Origin: an uncultured Gammaproteobacteria bacterium
Lineage (GTDB): Bacteria > Pseudomonadota > Gammaproteobacteria > JAKDMP01
Reading direction: 5' to 3'
DNA length: 64,000 nucleotides
Assembly (NCBI GenBank): GCA_964586925.1
Contig: CAZPJI010000009.1
Span: forward strand, 3,683 to 67,682
The translations under genes were made by a program, and so were the position numbers. Of the stretch, positions 10,026 through 20,840 are shown piece after piece (positions within the stretch are counted from its first letter, which is position 1; each line of letters begins with the position of its first letter). The notes beneath the pieces were generated by a model. It was not told where the DNA came from. It did no database searches and worked only from the letters and a program-made list of their open reading frames with translations.

Positions 10026-11198
10026 TCAGTGTGCGGATGGCTGTCCGTTGGCGCACCAGCGTTGCGGATTGAGGGTCTTGCCCTTGTAACGAATCTGGAA
10101 GTACAGCATGGGTTTTTTCTGGCCGCCGCTGGCTCCGACCGTGGCCACCAGATCGCCCGGTTTCACCCAATCGCCGACCTGCTTGTAGATGGTTTCGTTG
10201 TGGCCGTATACGGTCAGGTAACCGGCGCCGTGATCGATCATGAGCACCAGGCCGTAGTAGGGCAGCCAGCCTGCGTAAGCGACACGACCGTAAGCGATGG
10301 CGTGAATCGCGGTACCTGTCGGGGCGGCGATGCGCACGGCCTCCCAGGTCAGGTTGCCGCCGGCACGGCTGCTGCCGTAACGATTGACGAGGCGTCCGGC
10401 GATCGGCCAGGGGAGGCGGCCCCGCAGCTTTCCGAAATCCACGTCGTCGAGCAGGTTGGAGGGCACATCGGCAAGGTCCTGATTGACCGAATCGATTAGT
10501 TTCGAGAGACGGCGGGCGTCGCGTTGCAGACGTGCGGCGCGGTCGTGTTTGCTGGCGATGTCCCTATCGAGCTGTTTGATTACGGTCTGGCGCGTTTGCC
10601 GCGTCTTTTTGAGATCGGCAAGCGAGTCTTGCCGTTGCTGCATAGCACGGGTGAGGTCGGAGGCGGTGGCGGCCAACTGCTGCTGCAGCGACTGGTAGTG
10701 CTCGATGGTCTGGCTCAGGGCCATCAGGTGTGCTGCCCGTGCCTTGGAGTAATACCCGTAGTAGCCGAGCATGCGAGCCACGGTGGCCGGATCGTTACCA
10801 TTGAGTGCCAGCTTGAGTTGGGGTTCGCGGCCGAGGACAAAGGCCGCACGCAAGGCTGCTGCCAGCTCCTTGCTGGCTGTTTGCGCCTGCCCTTTGGCCT
10901 GTGCGCTTTTGGCTTGCAATTTCTGTTGTCTGGCTTCGAGCGAACGCATTCGCGTATTGAGTTTGTCCAGGGCCCGGGTCGTTTCCGCGATTTTTCGCTC
11001 CAGTGCCGAGAGCTGCGCCTGGATCCGGTGTTTGCGCTTCAGATCCGAGGCTTCCTGGGCCTGCAGGCGGGCGATCTGGGTGCGCAAGCGCTTGAGTTTG
11101 GCGGGTTGCTCGCTGCTGGCACGAGCTGCGGGAGATGCTGCGGTACAGGTGAGCAGCAGCCCAGCGAGCAGGCCGGCGAGGCGTAACGACCGGTTCAA
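10026..11198 (-). CDS. envC: Murein hydrolase activator EnvC-like protein (coiled-coil + LytM/M23 domain)
   Basis: Signal peptide, then a long Q/A/L/R-rich coiled coil. The C-terminal M23 domain has GIDIAAPTGTAIHAIAYGRVAYAG and DHGAGYLTVYGH. Confidence 0.8.
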   Translation of the reverse strand: MNRSLRLAGLLAGLLLTCTAASPAARASSEQPAKLKRLRTQIARLQAQEASDLKRKHRIQAQLSALERKIAETTRALDKLNTRMRSLEARQQKLQAKSAQAKGQAQTASKELAAALRAAFVLGREPQLKLALNGNDPATVARMLGYYGYYSKARAAHLMALSQTIEHYQSLQQQLAATASDLTRAMQQRQDSLADLKKTRQTRQTVIKQLDRDIASKHDRAARLQRDARRLSKLIDSVNQDLADVPSNLLDDVDFGKLRGRLPWPIAGRLVNRYGSSRAGGNLTWEAVRIAAPTGTAIHAIAYGRVAYAGWLPYYGLVLMIDHGAGYLTVYGHNETIYKQVGDWVKPGDLVATVGASGGQKKPMLYFQIRYKGKTLNPQRWCANGQPSAH

Positions 11199-11743
11199 CG
11201 GCGGTGCCGGAAGGTGCCGATCAGTTGGGTCTGCGCCAGCACGTGGCCCGCGATGGCCTGGAGCACCCTCTCGCGGTTCGGATTCACCCCTGTCAGATCT
11301 CGGTCGGTATCCAGCGCATACAGGGTGAAGATGTAACGATGCCGTCCTGCCGGCGGGCAGGGCGGCGTGTAACCCGTGTGCCCGGTGCTGTTCACGCCTT
11401 CACGGCTTCCCGGCGGCAGCGATGCGCTCTGCGCTTCGCCCAAGTGGTTGGTCGAAGCCGGCAGATAAGCGACGACCCAGTGGATGTAGGTATGGGTGGG
11501 CGGATGGTCGGGATCGGGCGCGTCGGGATCCGTCACGATCAACGCATAGCCTCGGGTGCCTTCGGGTGCGCCGTGCCACACCAGCGGTGGTGAAACTCCG
11601 GTCCCCTTGCAGGTGAAACGTTGCGGCAGTTCGCCGTGGTCGGTAAAGAGGGGTGAAGACAGCGTCAGGGCAGAGGCACTGGGGCTCATGGCTATCCCTG
11701 CGAGCATGCCCAGCAAGGCGGCAGCGAATGAGAATCGTGGCAT
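11195..11743 (-). CDS. YbhB/YbcL family Raf-kinase-inhibitor-like (PEBP) protein, secreted
   Basis: Signal peptide; PEBP motifs YALIVTDPDAPDP and HRYIFTLYALD. Confidence 0.8.
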   Translation of the reverse strand: MPRFSFAAALLGMLAGIAMSPSASALTLSSPLFTDHGELPQRFTCKGTGVSPPLVWHGAPEGTRGYALIVTDPDAPDPDHPPTHTYIHWVVAYLPASTNHLGEAQSASLPPGSREGVNSTGHTGYTPPCPPAGRHRYIFTLYALDTDRDLTGVNPNRERVLQAIAGHVLAQTQLIGTFRHRR

Positions 11744-11811
11744 GGCATCAGTGTGTGTTTCGGACCCCTGGAAAGTCTAACTGAACCCGGCCATGAGGGC
11801 GGGGATGGGCA

Positions 11812-12375
11812 TCAGTTGCCGGCATGGATGACGATGGCATGCAGCTTGTGGCGGGCCAGTTTGTCGCGCAGGCCGTTGAGCTTCTCGAGATCGCTGAGTG
11901 GGCCGATGCGCACGCGGTGCCAGGTCTCGCTCTGGACGTCCACGGCCTGTACGCTGGACTGGATTCCCCACAGCGCTAATTGCGCCTTGAGCGCTTCCGC
12001 CGCTTTCGCGTCGCGGAAGGAAGCCACTTGCAGGATGTAGCTGCCGGCTTGTGCCACGGGTTGGGTGGCCGGCGGTGTGGCGACCTCGCGGCTTTCGCCC
12101 GAGGTTAGGATCTGGGTCGGATGCTTGAGAAGCTGATAAAAGTCGAAGTGAGGTCCCGAGGACGTCGACGCCGCACCCGGGCGGGTCTTGGACAGTTTTT
12201 TGCCCAGGGACTTGGCGTGTTGTAGCGTGCTGGTTTCGGCATGGTGCAAGGCGCGCTTGATACCCGGGAAAGCGACGACGAGGATTACCGCGATGACGCC
12301 GCCCGCGATGAACCACAAAAACCCCGAGCCGCGGCGCTTGCCGCTTTCCTGAGGTTCTTTGAGGTCGGGCTTCAC
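11812..12375 (-). CDS. SPOR domain-containing cell-division protein (FtsN/DedD-like)
   Basis: Cytoplasmic basic N-terminus, one TM segment (FLWFIAGGVIAVILVVAF), and a C-terminal SPOR domain (SYILQVASFRDAKAAEALKAQLALWG). It sits downstream of argS, as in many proteobacteria. Confidence 0.75.
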   Translation of the reverse strand: MKPDLKEPQESGKRRGSGFLWFIAGGVIAVILVVAFPGIKRALHHAETSTLQHAKSLGKKLSKTRPGAASTSSGPHFDFYQLLKHPTQILTSGESREVATPPATQPVAQAGSYILQVASFRDAKAAEALKAQLALWGIQSSVQAVDVQSETWHRVRIGPLSDLEKLNGLRDKLARHKLHAIVIHAGN

Positions 12376-14102
12376 ATCTGCTCCGGCGCACTAACGCCAA
12401 GCAGGCCGAGCCCCGCGGACAGGGTGTTGCTGCAGGCCCGGGCCAGGCTGAGACGGGCGTTGCGCATGGCGGCCTCGTCAGTGATAAACGTACAGCTGTT
12501 GTACCAGACATGGAAGGCCTGCGCCACCTCGCCGAGGTAATGCACGACCTGGTGGGGCGCACGCTCGGCGGCCGCGGAGGCGACGACTTCGGGCAGGCGC
12601 GACAGTTGCAGGATCAGCGTCAGTTCCGTGGCGGCGGTCAGCGGAGCCAGCTCAGCCGTATCCCCGGGCGGCACCCATTCCAGGCCCTTTTCGTCGAGTT
12701 GGCGAAACACGCTGGCGATGCGCGCATGCGCGTACTGCACGTAGTAAACGGGATTGTCGTTGGTGTGCGACTTGGCCAATTCAACATCGAATTCCAGATG
12801 CTGGTCGTTGGAACGCGACAGATAGAAAAAGCGCGTGGCGTCGGTGCCGATTTCGCTGATCAGGTCATTGAGGGTGACGAAGTTGCCGCTACGCTTGCCC
12901 ATGCGCCCCGAGGAGAGGGTGACGAACTGGATCAGACGGGCTTCGAAGGCGTCGCTGCGCCCGGTCAGGGCCTCGATGGCTGCCGCTACCCGAGCGATAT
13001 AGCCATGGTGGTCTGCGCCCCACACGTCGAGCAACAGATCATGGCCGCGCTCGAGTTTGTTGAGGTGGTAAGCGACGTCACTGGCGAAATAGGTGGTGCT
13101 GCCGTCGCTGCGCTTGAGCACACGGTCTTTTTCGTCACCCAGTTCGGACGTGCGCAGCCACAGTGCGCCGTCGGCCTCGTAGGTATGGCCGCGTTTGTCC
13201 AGTTCCTGCAAGGCATGGTCGACCGCTCCCCCGGAGGTCAGGTCGGCTTCGGAGAACCAGCGGTCGAATTCGACGTGAAAGTCCTCCAGTGTCTTGCGGA
13301 TGGCTTGCGTCTGTAATGTCAGCGCATGCGCTTTGAGCGTTTCATAGTCGTTGCCGAGCAGGGAGCGTGCCCGCGCGATCAGGGCATCGACATGCGCCTC
13401 CTTGTCGCCCTCGGGAGCGTCAGCAGGGAGTCCCTTTGAAACTTCGGCCCAGGGATGATGCAAGCGTTTCGTGAGATCAGCGGGCAAGGCCTGGGCCGTG
13501 TGCGCAATGTAGTCGCCGGGGTAGGCCGCCTGCGGCAGCACGGGCGATTCGCCGGCTTCCGTTAGGGCCGCGAGCCACACGCTGATCGTGAGTATATCGG
13601 TCTGGCGGCCGGCGTCGTTGACGTAATACTCCTTGTCCACCTGGTGACCGGCGGCGGCAAGGATCCGCGCAAGGCTGTCGCCGTAGGCGGCGCCGCGGCC
13701 GTGACCGATGTGCAGGGGGCCGGTCGGGTTGGCGGAGACGAACTCGACCAGGATGCGCTGGGCATTCGAGTTGTCTTGTTCGCCCCAACGGTTGCCGGCA
13801 GCGAGTATTTCCTGCAACTGATGATGGTAGGCGGCAGGGGCCAGGAAGAAATTGACAAAGCCGGGGCCGGCTATCTCGCAGCGGGTCACGAGCGGCGAAT
13901 CGGGCAAGGCTTCCACCAGGCGCTCGGCAATGGTCCGCGGCGGCTGCTTGAGTGTGCGCGCCAGCACCAGGGCGGCGTTGGTCGCGAAATCGCCGTGGCC
14001 CTTGCCGCGGGCACGTTCGACCGCCACGGCGCCGCGGGCGTCGGCGGGCACTTCGAGAGTGTCCAGAGCCTGGGAGACCAGGGATTCAATCAGGTTTTTC
14101 AT
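12372..14102 (-). CDS. argS: Arginine--tRNA ligase
   Basis: 576 aa. Class I HIGH motif (PTGPLHIGHGRGA) and a KMSK-like motif (GRMGKRSGNFVT). Confidence 0.95.
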   Translation of the reverse strand: MKNLIESLVSQALDTLEVPADARGAVAVERARGKGHGDFATNAALVLARTLKQPPRTIAERLVEALPDSPLVTRCEIAGPGFVNFFLAPAAYHHQLQEILAAGNRWGEQDNSNAQRILVEFVSANPTGPLHIGHGRGAAYGDSLARILAAAGHQVDKEYYVNDAGRQTDILTISVWLAALTEAGESPVLPQAAYPGDYIAHTAQALPADLTKRLHHPWAEVSKGLPADAPEGDKEAHVDALIARARSLLGNDYETLKAHALTLQTQAIRKTLEDFHVEFDRWFSEADLTSGGAVDHALQELDKRGHTYEADGALWLRTSELGDEKDRVLKRSDGSTTYFASDVAYHLNKLERGHDLLLDVWGADHHGYIARVAAAIEALTGRSDAFEARLIQFVTLSSGRMGKRSGNFVTLNDLISEIGTDATRFFYLSRSNDQHLEFDVELAKSHTNDNPVYYVQYAHARIASVFRQLDEKGLEWVPPGDTAELAPLTAATELTLILQLSRLPEVVASAAAERAPHQVVHYLGEVAQAFHVWYNSCTFITDEAAMRNARLSLARACSNTLSAGLGLLGVSAPEQM

Positions 14103-14164
14103 GGCATCAATGTCGCTTCAGCGCGCAGGCACGCATTGTAAGGAAAACATCGGTCGGGCTGGCG

Positions 14165-16822
14165 TCAGGCCAGGGTTCGCTGGACGATTTCGTACACATC
14201 GGCGGACAGCGACTTCGAGGCTGCCATGCGTTCCAGTTCCGTGCGCATTTTGTCCCGGCGTGTCTCGTCGTAAGATCGCCAGCGCGCGAAGCATTTGACC
14301 AAGCGTGCCGCCACCTGCGGGTTGACGGCGTCGATGGCGAGCACCTGGTCGGCGATGAAACGGTAACCGGCGCCGTCGGCACGATGGAACCCGACGTGGT
14401 TCTGGTGCGCGAATGCGCCCAACAGGGCGCGGACGCGATTGGGGTTGCGCAGCGTGAAGACGGGATCCTTCATCAACTCCTGCACGCGCTCCAGCGTGTC
14501 CGGCGCCGGGCGCATGGCCTGCAGCGCGAACCATTTGTCCAATACCAATGGATGTTTGGCGTATTGCTGCCGGAACTGCTTGCTGGCTTCGCTGAACAAT
14601 TCATCTTCGTGTTCACTCAGGCTACGCAGGGCGCTCAGCCGTTCGGTCATGTTGTCGGCGGCATTGAATTGTGATCGGGCCCGTTCCCGGTGTTCCTTAT
14701 TCCCCAGTGCCGTCAGCAGCTCCAGTGCCGCGCCGTGCAGGCTGCGCCGGGCGGCATGTTCCGGTTCATAGCGGAAAGGCTCCCGGCTCTGCGTGGCGTT
14801 CCACGTCTTGAACAGACGCTCTTCCAGGCCTCTAGCCAGCGCCGTGCGCAAGGCGTCTCTCGCCTCATGCAGTGCGTCGATGTCCACGGTATCGTAGGCC
14901 AATGCCAGGCTGGCCTCGTTCGGCAAGGTCAGCATTTCCGCGATCAGGTTGGGGTCTTCACTGTCCGCTGCATCGAGCATCGCCGCCATGGACGCCACGA
15001 TGGCCTCCGTGGTTTCCACCGCGGGCCGCGCGTTCTCGACATGACGCCGGATGGCGTTGGCGATCAATTTCTGCAGGTTGTCCCAGCGGCTGAAGGCATC
15101 GTCGTCGTGACGCACCAGGAAGGCTAGTTCCTCGTCGCTGTAGTCGAACTCGAGTTTGACCGGTGCGGAAAAGCCTCGTAGCAGTGAGGGCACGGGCGGT
15201 GATTCAATACCCGTGAATACGAAGCTCTGAGCCATGTCCTGTAACCAGAGCGTACGCTCGGTCGGCGCGTCCCCGCTGGATTCGCCTTCCAGAACGAGAG
15301 GCAGTGCCCGGCCGTTTTGGTTAATGAGGCTAACGGCGACGGGGATCAGCAGGGCGGGTTTCTCCGATGCCGGTTGTCCCGGGCTGTCGCCGTGGATCTG
15401 TTCCAGGTCCAGGACATAGCTTTTTGCGTCGGCATCGTAATGGCCCTGCGCTTTTACCCGGGGTGTTCCCGTGACCGCATACCAGCGGGCAAACTGGGTG
15501 AGGTCGACGCCGTTGGCATCGGCCATCGCCGCGAGGAAATCGTCAGTCGTGACCGCTTGGCCATCGTGGCGTTCGAAGTAGAGGTCCATGCCGCGGCGGA
15601 AACCCTCCTCGCCCAGCAGGGTTTGATACATGCGCACGACCTCGGAGCCCTTCTCGTAGACGGTGGCGGTGTAGAAGTTGTTGATCTCGATGTACTGGTC
15701 AGGCCGCACAGGGTGCGCGATCGGGCCGGAATCCTCGGCGAACTGGAACTGGCGCAGGAAGCGGACGTCGTCGATGCGCTTGACCGCGGAACGTGTCATT
15801 TCCCGGGAAAAGCTCTGCTCGCGGAAAACCGTCAGGCCTTCCTTCAATGACAACTGGAACCAGTCGCGGCAGGTTATCCGGTTGCCGGTCCAGTTATGAA
15901 AATACTCGTGCCCGATCACGGCCTCGATGCTGGTGTAGTCCTGATCCGTGGCGACGTCGGGATCGGCGAGCACGTACTTGGAGTTGAACAGGTTGAGTCC
16001 CTTGTTTTCCATCGCCCCCATGTTGAAATCGTCCACCGCGACGATCATGAAAGTGTCGAGGTCGTATTCGCGACCATAGCGTTGCTCGTCCCAGGCCATG
16101 GCGCGTTTCAGCGAGGCCAGGGCATGATGGGCCCGTTCGCGGTTGTGTTGTTCGACATACAGTCTCAGTGCAACGGTGCGCCCCGATGCGGTGCGGAACT
16201 CGTCCTCGAGGCAGGCGAGGTCGGCTGCAACGAGGGCGAAAAGATAGGACGGCTTGGGATGCGGGTCGTGCCACTCCGCGAAGTGGCGGCCGTTATCCAG
16301 TGCGCCTTCCGCTTTCAGGTCGCCGTTGGACAACAGGATCGGGTAGCGTTCGCGCGAGGCTTCCACGCGCACATCGAAGCGGGAGAGCACATCCGGGCGA
16401 TCGAGATAGAATGTGATGCGCCGAAAGCCTTCGGCTTCGCACTGAGAGCAGAAATTGCCGGACGATTTGTACAACCCCGACAGGGCCGTATTTGTCTCGG
16501 GGTGTATACGCACCCGGCTGGTCAGGATGAACTGTTCCGGCGGCGAGTGAATCAGGAGGGCCTCGTCTCCGACCTGGTAGCGCTCGGGCGCCAACGGCTC
16601 GTCGTTGATGCGCAGTTCCAGCAGCTCCAGTCCGATGCCATCAAGGATCAGCGGATCCGCTGGTTTGATCGCTTTCGGATTGCGGCGCATGGCCAAACGC
16701 GCGGTGACTACCGAGCCTTCCTCCTCCAGGTCGAACAGAAGGGACGTGGAGTCGATCAGGTACGGCGGCGGGGTATAGTCTTCACGGTGTATGACGGTGC
16801 GCGGACCCGGATCGAGGAGCAT
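14165..16822 (-). CDS. pepN: Aminopeptidase N (M1 family)
   Basis: HEYFHNWTGNRITCRDWFQLSLKEGLTVF contains the HEXXH-18-E zinc motif, and GAMEN is present. The N-terminus MLLDPGPRTVIHREDYTPPPYLIDSTSLLFDL aligns with E. coli PepN, so the start was trimmed from 16888 to 16822. Confidence 0.9.
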   Translation of the reverse strand: MLLDPGPRTVIHREDYTPPPYLIDSTSLLFDLEEEGSVVTARLAMRRNPKAIKPADPLILDGIGLELLELRINDEPLAPERYQVGDEALLIHSPPEQFILTSRVRIHPETNTALSGLYKSSGNFCSQCEAEGFRRITFYLDRPDVLSRFDVRVEASRERYPILLSNGDLKAEGALDNGRHFAEWHDPHPKPSYLFALVAADLACLEDEFRTASGRTVALRLYVEQHNRERAHHALASLKRAMAWDEQRYGREYDLDTFMIVAVDDFNMGAMENKGLNLFNSKYVLADPDVATDQDYTSIEAVIGHEYFHNWTGNRITCRDWFQLSLKEGLTVFREQSFSREMTRSAVKRIDDVRFLRQFQFAEDSGPIAHPVRPDQYIEINNFYTATVYEKGSEVVRMYQTLLGEEGFRRGMDLYFERHDGQAVTTDDFLAAMADANGVDLTQFARWYAVTGTPRVKAQGHYDADAKSYVLDLEQIHGDSPGQPASEKPALLIPVAVSLINQNGRALPLVLEGESSGDAPTERTLWLQDMAQSFVFTGIESPPVPSLLRGFSAPVKLEFDYSDEELAFLVRHDDDAFSRWDNLQKLIANAIRRHVENARPAVETTEAIVASMAAMLDAADSEDPNLIAEMLTLPNEASLALAYDTVDIDALHEARDALRTALARGLEERLFKTWNATQSREPFRYEPEHAARRSLHGAALELLTALGNKEHRERARSQFNAADNMTERLSALRSLSEHEDELFSEASKQFRQQYAKHPLVLDKWFALQAMRPAPDTLERVQELMKDPVFTLRNPNRVRALLGAFAHQNHVGFHRADGAGYRFIADQVLAIDAVNPQVAARLVKCFARWRSYDETRRDKMRTELERMAASKSLSADVYEIVQRTLA

Positions 16823-16862
16823 GATTGACCAGTCGGTTGAAGTTGAATCACCCATTATAAGT

Positions 16863-18011
16863 GTGCCTGCGAAGGTACCGCAGGGCATTTACGTGCACGT
16901 GCCGTGGTGCGTGCGAAAGTGCCCGTACTGCGATTTCAACTCGCATGTTGCCCCGGCGGACGGAGCACCTTTTTCGGATTATGCGCGAGCACTGGTGGCG
17001 GACCTTGAATACGAGCTGAGCATTCGTCCGCCGGGGGTAGCTCCGCAAACCTTGTTTTTCGGCGGCGGAACGCCCAGCCTGTTGCCGCCGGAGGTGGTGG
17101 GCGGTTTGATCGAGCGCATCCGGGCTCTGAGCGGCCTGGCCGGAGATGCGGAAATAACCCTGGAAGCCAATCCCGGCACGATAGAGCGCGGCCGCTTCGC
17201 AGACTATGCGGCGGCTGGGGTCAATCGCGTGTCGCTGGGTGCCCAGAGCTTCGATGACGGACTCCTGCGCCGCATTGGCAGAATCCATTCCGCTGCCGAA
17301 ACACTGCGGTCGGTTGACGAACTGGCCGCGGCGGGAATGGAAAACTACAACCTGGACCTGATGTATGGCCTCCCGGGCCAGGATGAGACGGCTGCGCTGG
17401 CCGATCTCGACCAAGCTATCGCCTGCGGTCCGGCGCATGTATCGTGGTATGAGCTCACTCTGGAACCCGGCACCGTCTTTTACCGCCGTCCGCCGCGTTT
17501 GCCCGGAGAAGATGATTTGGTCTGCATGGAGTCAGCGGGCCGAACGCGACTTGCGGAGGCGGGCTACCGGCGTTACGAGGTCTCGGCCTATGCCCGGGAT
17601 GGCGCGCATTGCCGGCACAATCTGACTTACTGGACATATGGCGATTATATCGGCGTTGGTCCGGGCGCCCATGGCAAGCATTCGGGGCAAGGCTCCATTC
17701 GGCGTACGGAGCGGATTCGCTCGCCTGTGCGTTGGTTGCGCCTGGCGGGCCACGCCGAAGCCTGTTCCGAGCGTGAAGTCCGACAGAACGAGCGTGTTTT
17801 CGAGTATCTGCTGGGAGCGCTGCGTCTGACCGAGGGGTTCGCTTGGGCTGATTTTGAGCGCCGTACCGGTCTCCCACGTGCATGTCTGGAACCGCAGTTG
17901 TCCCAGGCACTGGCCGAAGGGTTGCTGGAATCGATCCCTGGCGGGGTGCGACCGACCGGTTATGGTATGCGTTATCTGAATGAGCTCCAAGCGCGTTTTC
18001 TACCCGACTGA
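16863..18011 (+). CDS. hemW: Radical SAM heme chaperone HemW (coproporphyrinogen III oxidase-like)
   Basis: Radical SAM CxxxCxxC (CVRKCPYCDF) and the HemN C-terminal domain. A GTG start at 16863 reproduces the YggW/HemW N-terminal spacing (M-PAKVPQGIYVHVPWC). The alternative ATG at 16821 would overlap the pepN start codon by 2 nt. Confidence 0.8.
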   Translation: MPAKVPQGIYVHVPWCVRKCPYCDFNSHVAPADGAPFSDYARALVADLEYELSIRPPGVAPQTLFFGGGTPSLLPPEVVGGLIERIRALSGLAGDAEITLEANPGTIERGRFADYAAAGVNRVSLGAQSFDDGLLRRIGRIHSAAETLRSVDELAAAGMENYNLDLMYGLPGQDETAALADLDQAIACGPAHVSWYELTLEPGTVFYRRPPRLPGEDDLVCMESAGRTRLAEAGYRRYEVSAYARDGAHCRHNLTYWTYGDYIGVGPGAHGKHSGQGSIRRTERIRSPVRWLRLAGHAEACSEREVRQNERVFEYLLGALRLTEGFAWADFERRTGLPRACLEPQLSQALAEGLLESIPGGVRPTGYGMRYLNELQARFLPD

Positions 18012-18437
18012 ATAGGGTTCTCCATCGTAGAAACAACGGGTTATGCACTGCCTTTGAACCCTTGCTCAGAAAACGCGGCTTAGCGGTATTGTTACAGTTG
18101 GATAACAGACCGGAGAAATTATAACCTATTGATAAATATATAATTATTAAGAGTTGGCGAAAAATGCGTCAATCCAAAGATGAACGCATTCTGAAACCTG
18201 AATGACAACAATTTCGTCAATTCGTCCACAAAGTTTTCCACAGGGGTTGTGGAAGAATCGGTTTTCCCATTGGCTTAGAGGTAGTTAGGGGGATTTCGTG
18301 AGAATGGCTTTGCGATTTACTGCCTAACTTAAAATTGCCGATACAAAGGCAACTGAAGTGAGAAATGAAAAGCAGGAGCCCTGGACTCCATGGCCCGGAT
18401 AGCTGGTACAATATCCTGCTTTACGGCCCTTTTTGCG

Positions 18438-18650
18438 ACCATGAAAGAAGGCATACATCCTGCATACAATGAAATCGACGTGACCTGCAGCTGCGGCAAC
18501 ACCTTCAAGTTGCGTTCCACGCTGACGGAAGCCCTGCACGTCGAAGTGTGTTCGGCCTGCCATCCGTTCTACACGGGCAAGCAGAAGATCGTTGACACCG
18601 CCGGGCGTGTGGACAAGTTCCGCCGCAAGTACGGCGCGTCCGCCAACTGA
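18438..18650 (+). CDS. rpmE: 50S ribosomal protein L31, zinc-ribbon (C+) form
   Basis: [22 protein letters not shown]...[12 protein letters not shown] carries 4 Cys for Zn binding. The ORF-track start at 18390 is an upstream extension. A TGgTACAAT extended -10 lies at 18404-18413. Confidence 0.9.
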   Translation, partial: TMKEGIHPAYNEIDVTCSCGNTFKLRSTLTEALHVEVCSACHPFYTGKQKIVDTAGRVDKFRRKYGASAN

Positions 18651-18774
18651 GCAACGGCCCAGCCGTACGCTATGATTGCGCGCCGGCTTGACGCTGGCCG
18701 CGTTTGGGGAAAGTCCGGCTTGCCCAAAAGACGGCGAGTGGGCGTTACCCACTGAAACACTAAGGAGATTGGTG

Positions 18775-20073
<1,299 letters not shown>

Positions 20074-20228
20074 TCGCCCAGGTGCGTCGCTAAAAACTCT
20101 CGCCAAGACGCAAAGACCGCCGAGAATCTATTTTTGCGGGCGTGGCTAATCGTAGCCTGGTAAGTGGTTGGTTCGTAATAGGAAATCTTTGCGGCTCTGC
20201 GCCTTTGCGAGAATTCCTTTTGCAGGTC

Positions 20229-20837
20229 TCAGCCGGTTACGGACTGGCGGTTTTCCGCGATCAGTTGCTCCAGCGCCGCTTTGCCGATGCGCTGCATCGG
20301 ATGGCCGTCCACGGCATCCATGGGCGCCTCGCGCAGCTCTTTCAGGTTGAAAACCGTGATTTCCACAACCTGGCCGTCGATCGAAAAAGCGAACATGGGA
20401 ACGTCGCGCACACTTCCGTTGCGCCAGCTGTGGCGGCGGGTGTTTTCCTCGTAATGTACGCCCAGATCGGCCAATCGAAAGACCAGGCGCTCGGGCGGTT
20501 CCACAAATACATGCAGTTCCACGCGGGCGTGAGCCGTGGCGACTTCTGCGAGGATGGCGCCGGTAGCGCGGGTTTCCATGTCTTCCAGCCGTTGCATGAC
20601 GTCCAGCGCCAGCCTGCGCAGCCGGTCCAGGCGCTCCGGTTGGGAGGAGGCTTCAAACAGTCGCTGATGTTCTATAAGGGCCGTTTCGATTTCCCGATTG
20701 GTGGGCAGATGCTTGAGCGCAAGCCCGAGGTGCGCGGCCGCTTTTTGCTTGGCGCCGAGAAAGTCATGCCGGCCTTCCTCGGCGATAATGCGCGCCGCTT
20801 CCTGGGCCAACAGGCGTCTGGCATGCTCGGGTTTCAT
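20229..20837 (-). CDS. Conserved hypothetical protein (202 aa), co-directional with and 4 nt downstream of mrcA
   Basis: Long ORF with coding-like composition and no recognisable motif. The first half is alpha-helical and charged. Confidence 0.5.
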   Translation of the reverse strand: MKPEHARRLLAQEAARIIAEEGRHDFLGAKQKAAAHLGLALKHLPTNREIETALIEHQRLFEASSQPERLDRLRRLALDVMQRLEDMETRATGAILAEVATAHARVELHVFVEPPERLVFRLADLGVHYEENTRRHSWRNGSVRDVPMFAFSIDGQVVEITVFNLKELREAPMDAVDGHPMQRIGKAALEQLIAENRQSVTG

Positions 20838-20840
20838 GGC

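Noticed and set aside
18100-18140. Possible Zur box upstream of rpmE (AT-rich TTGATAAATATATAATTATTAAG)
   Set aside because: It is not a convincing match to the GAAATGTTATAATATAACATTTC consensus. This L31 is the Zn-binding C+ form, which is not normally Zur-repressed.
20074-20228. Terminator between convergent gltA and the 202-aa ORF
   Set aside because: Only weak, imperfect stems were found. Nothing meets the stem + U-tract criteria.
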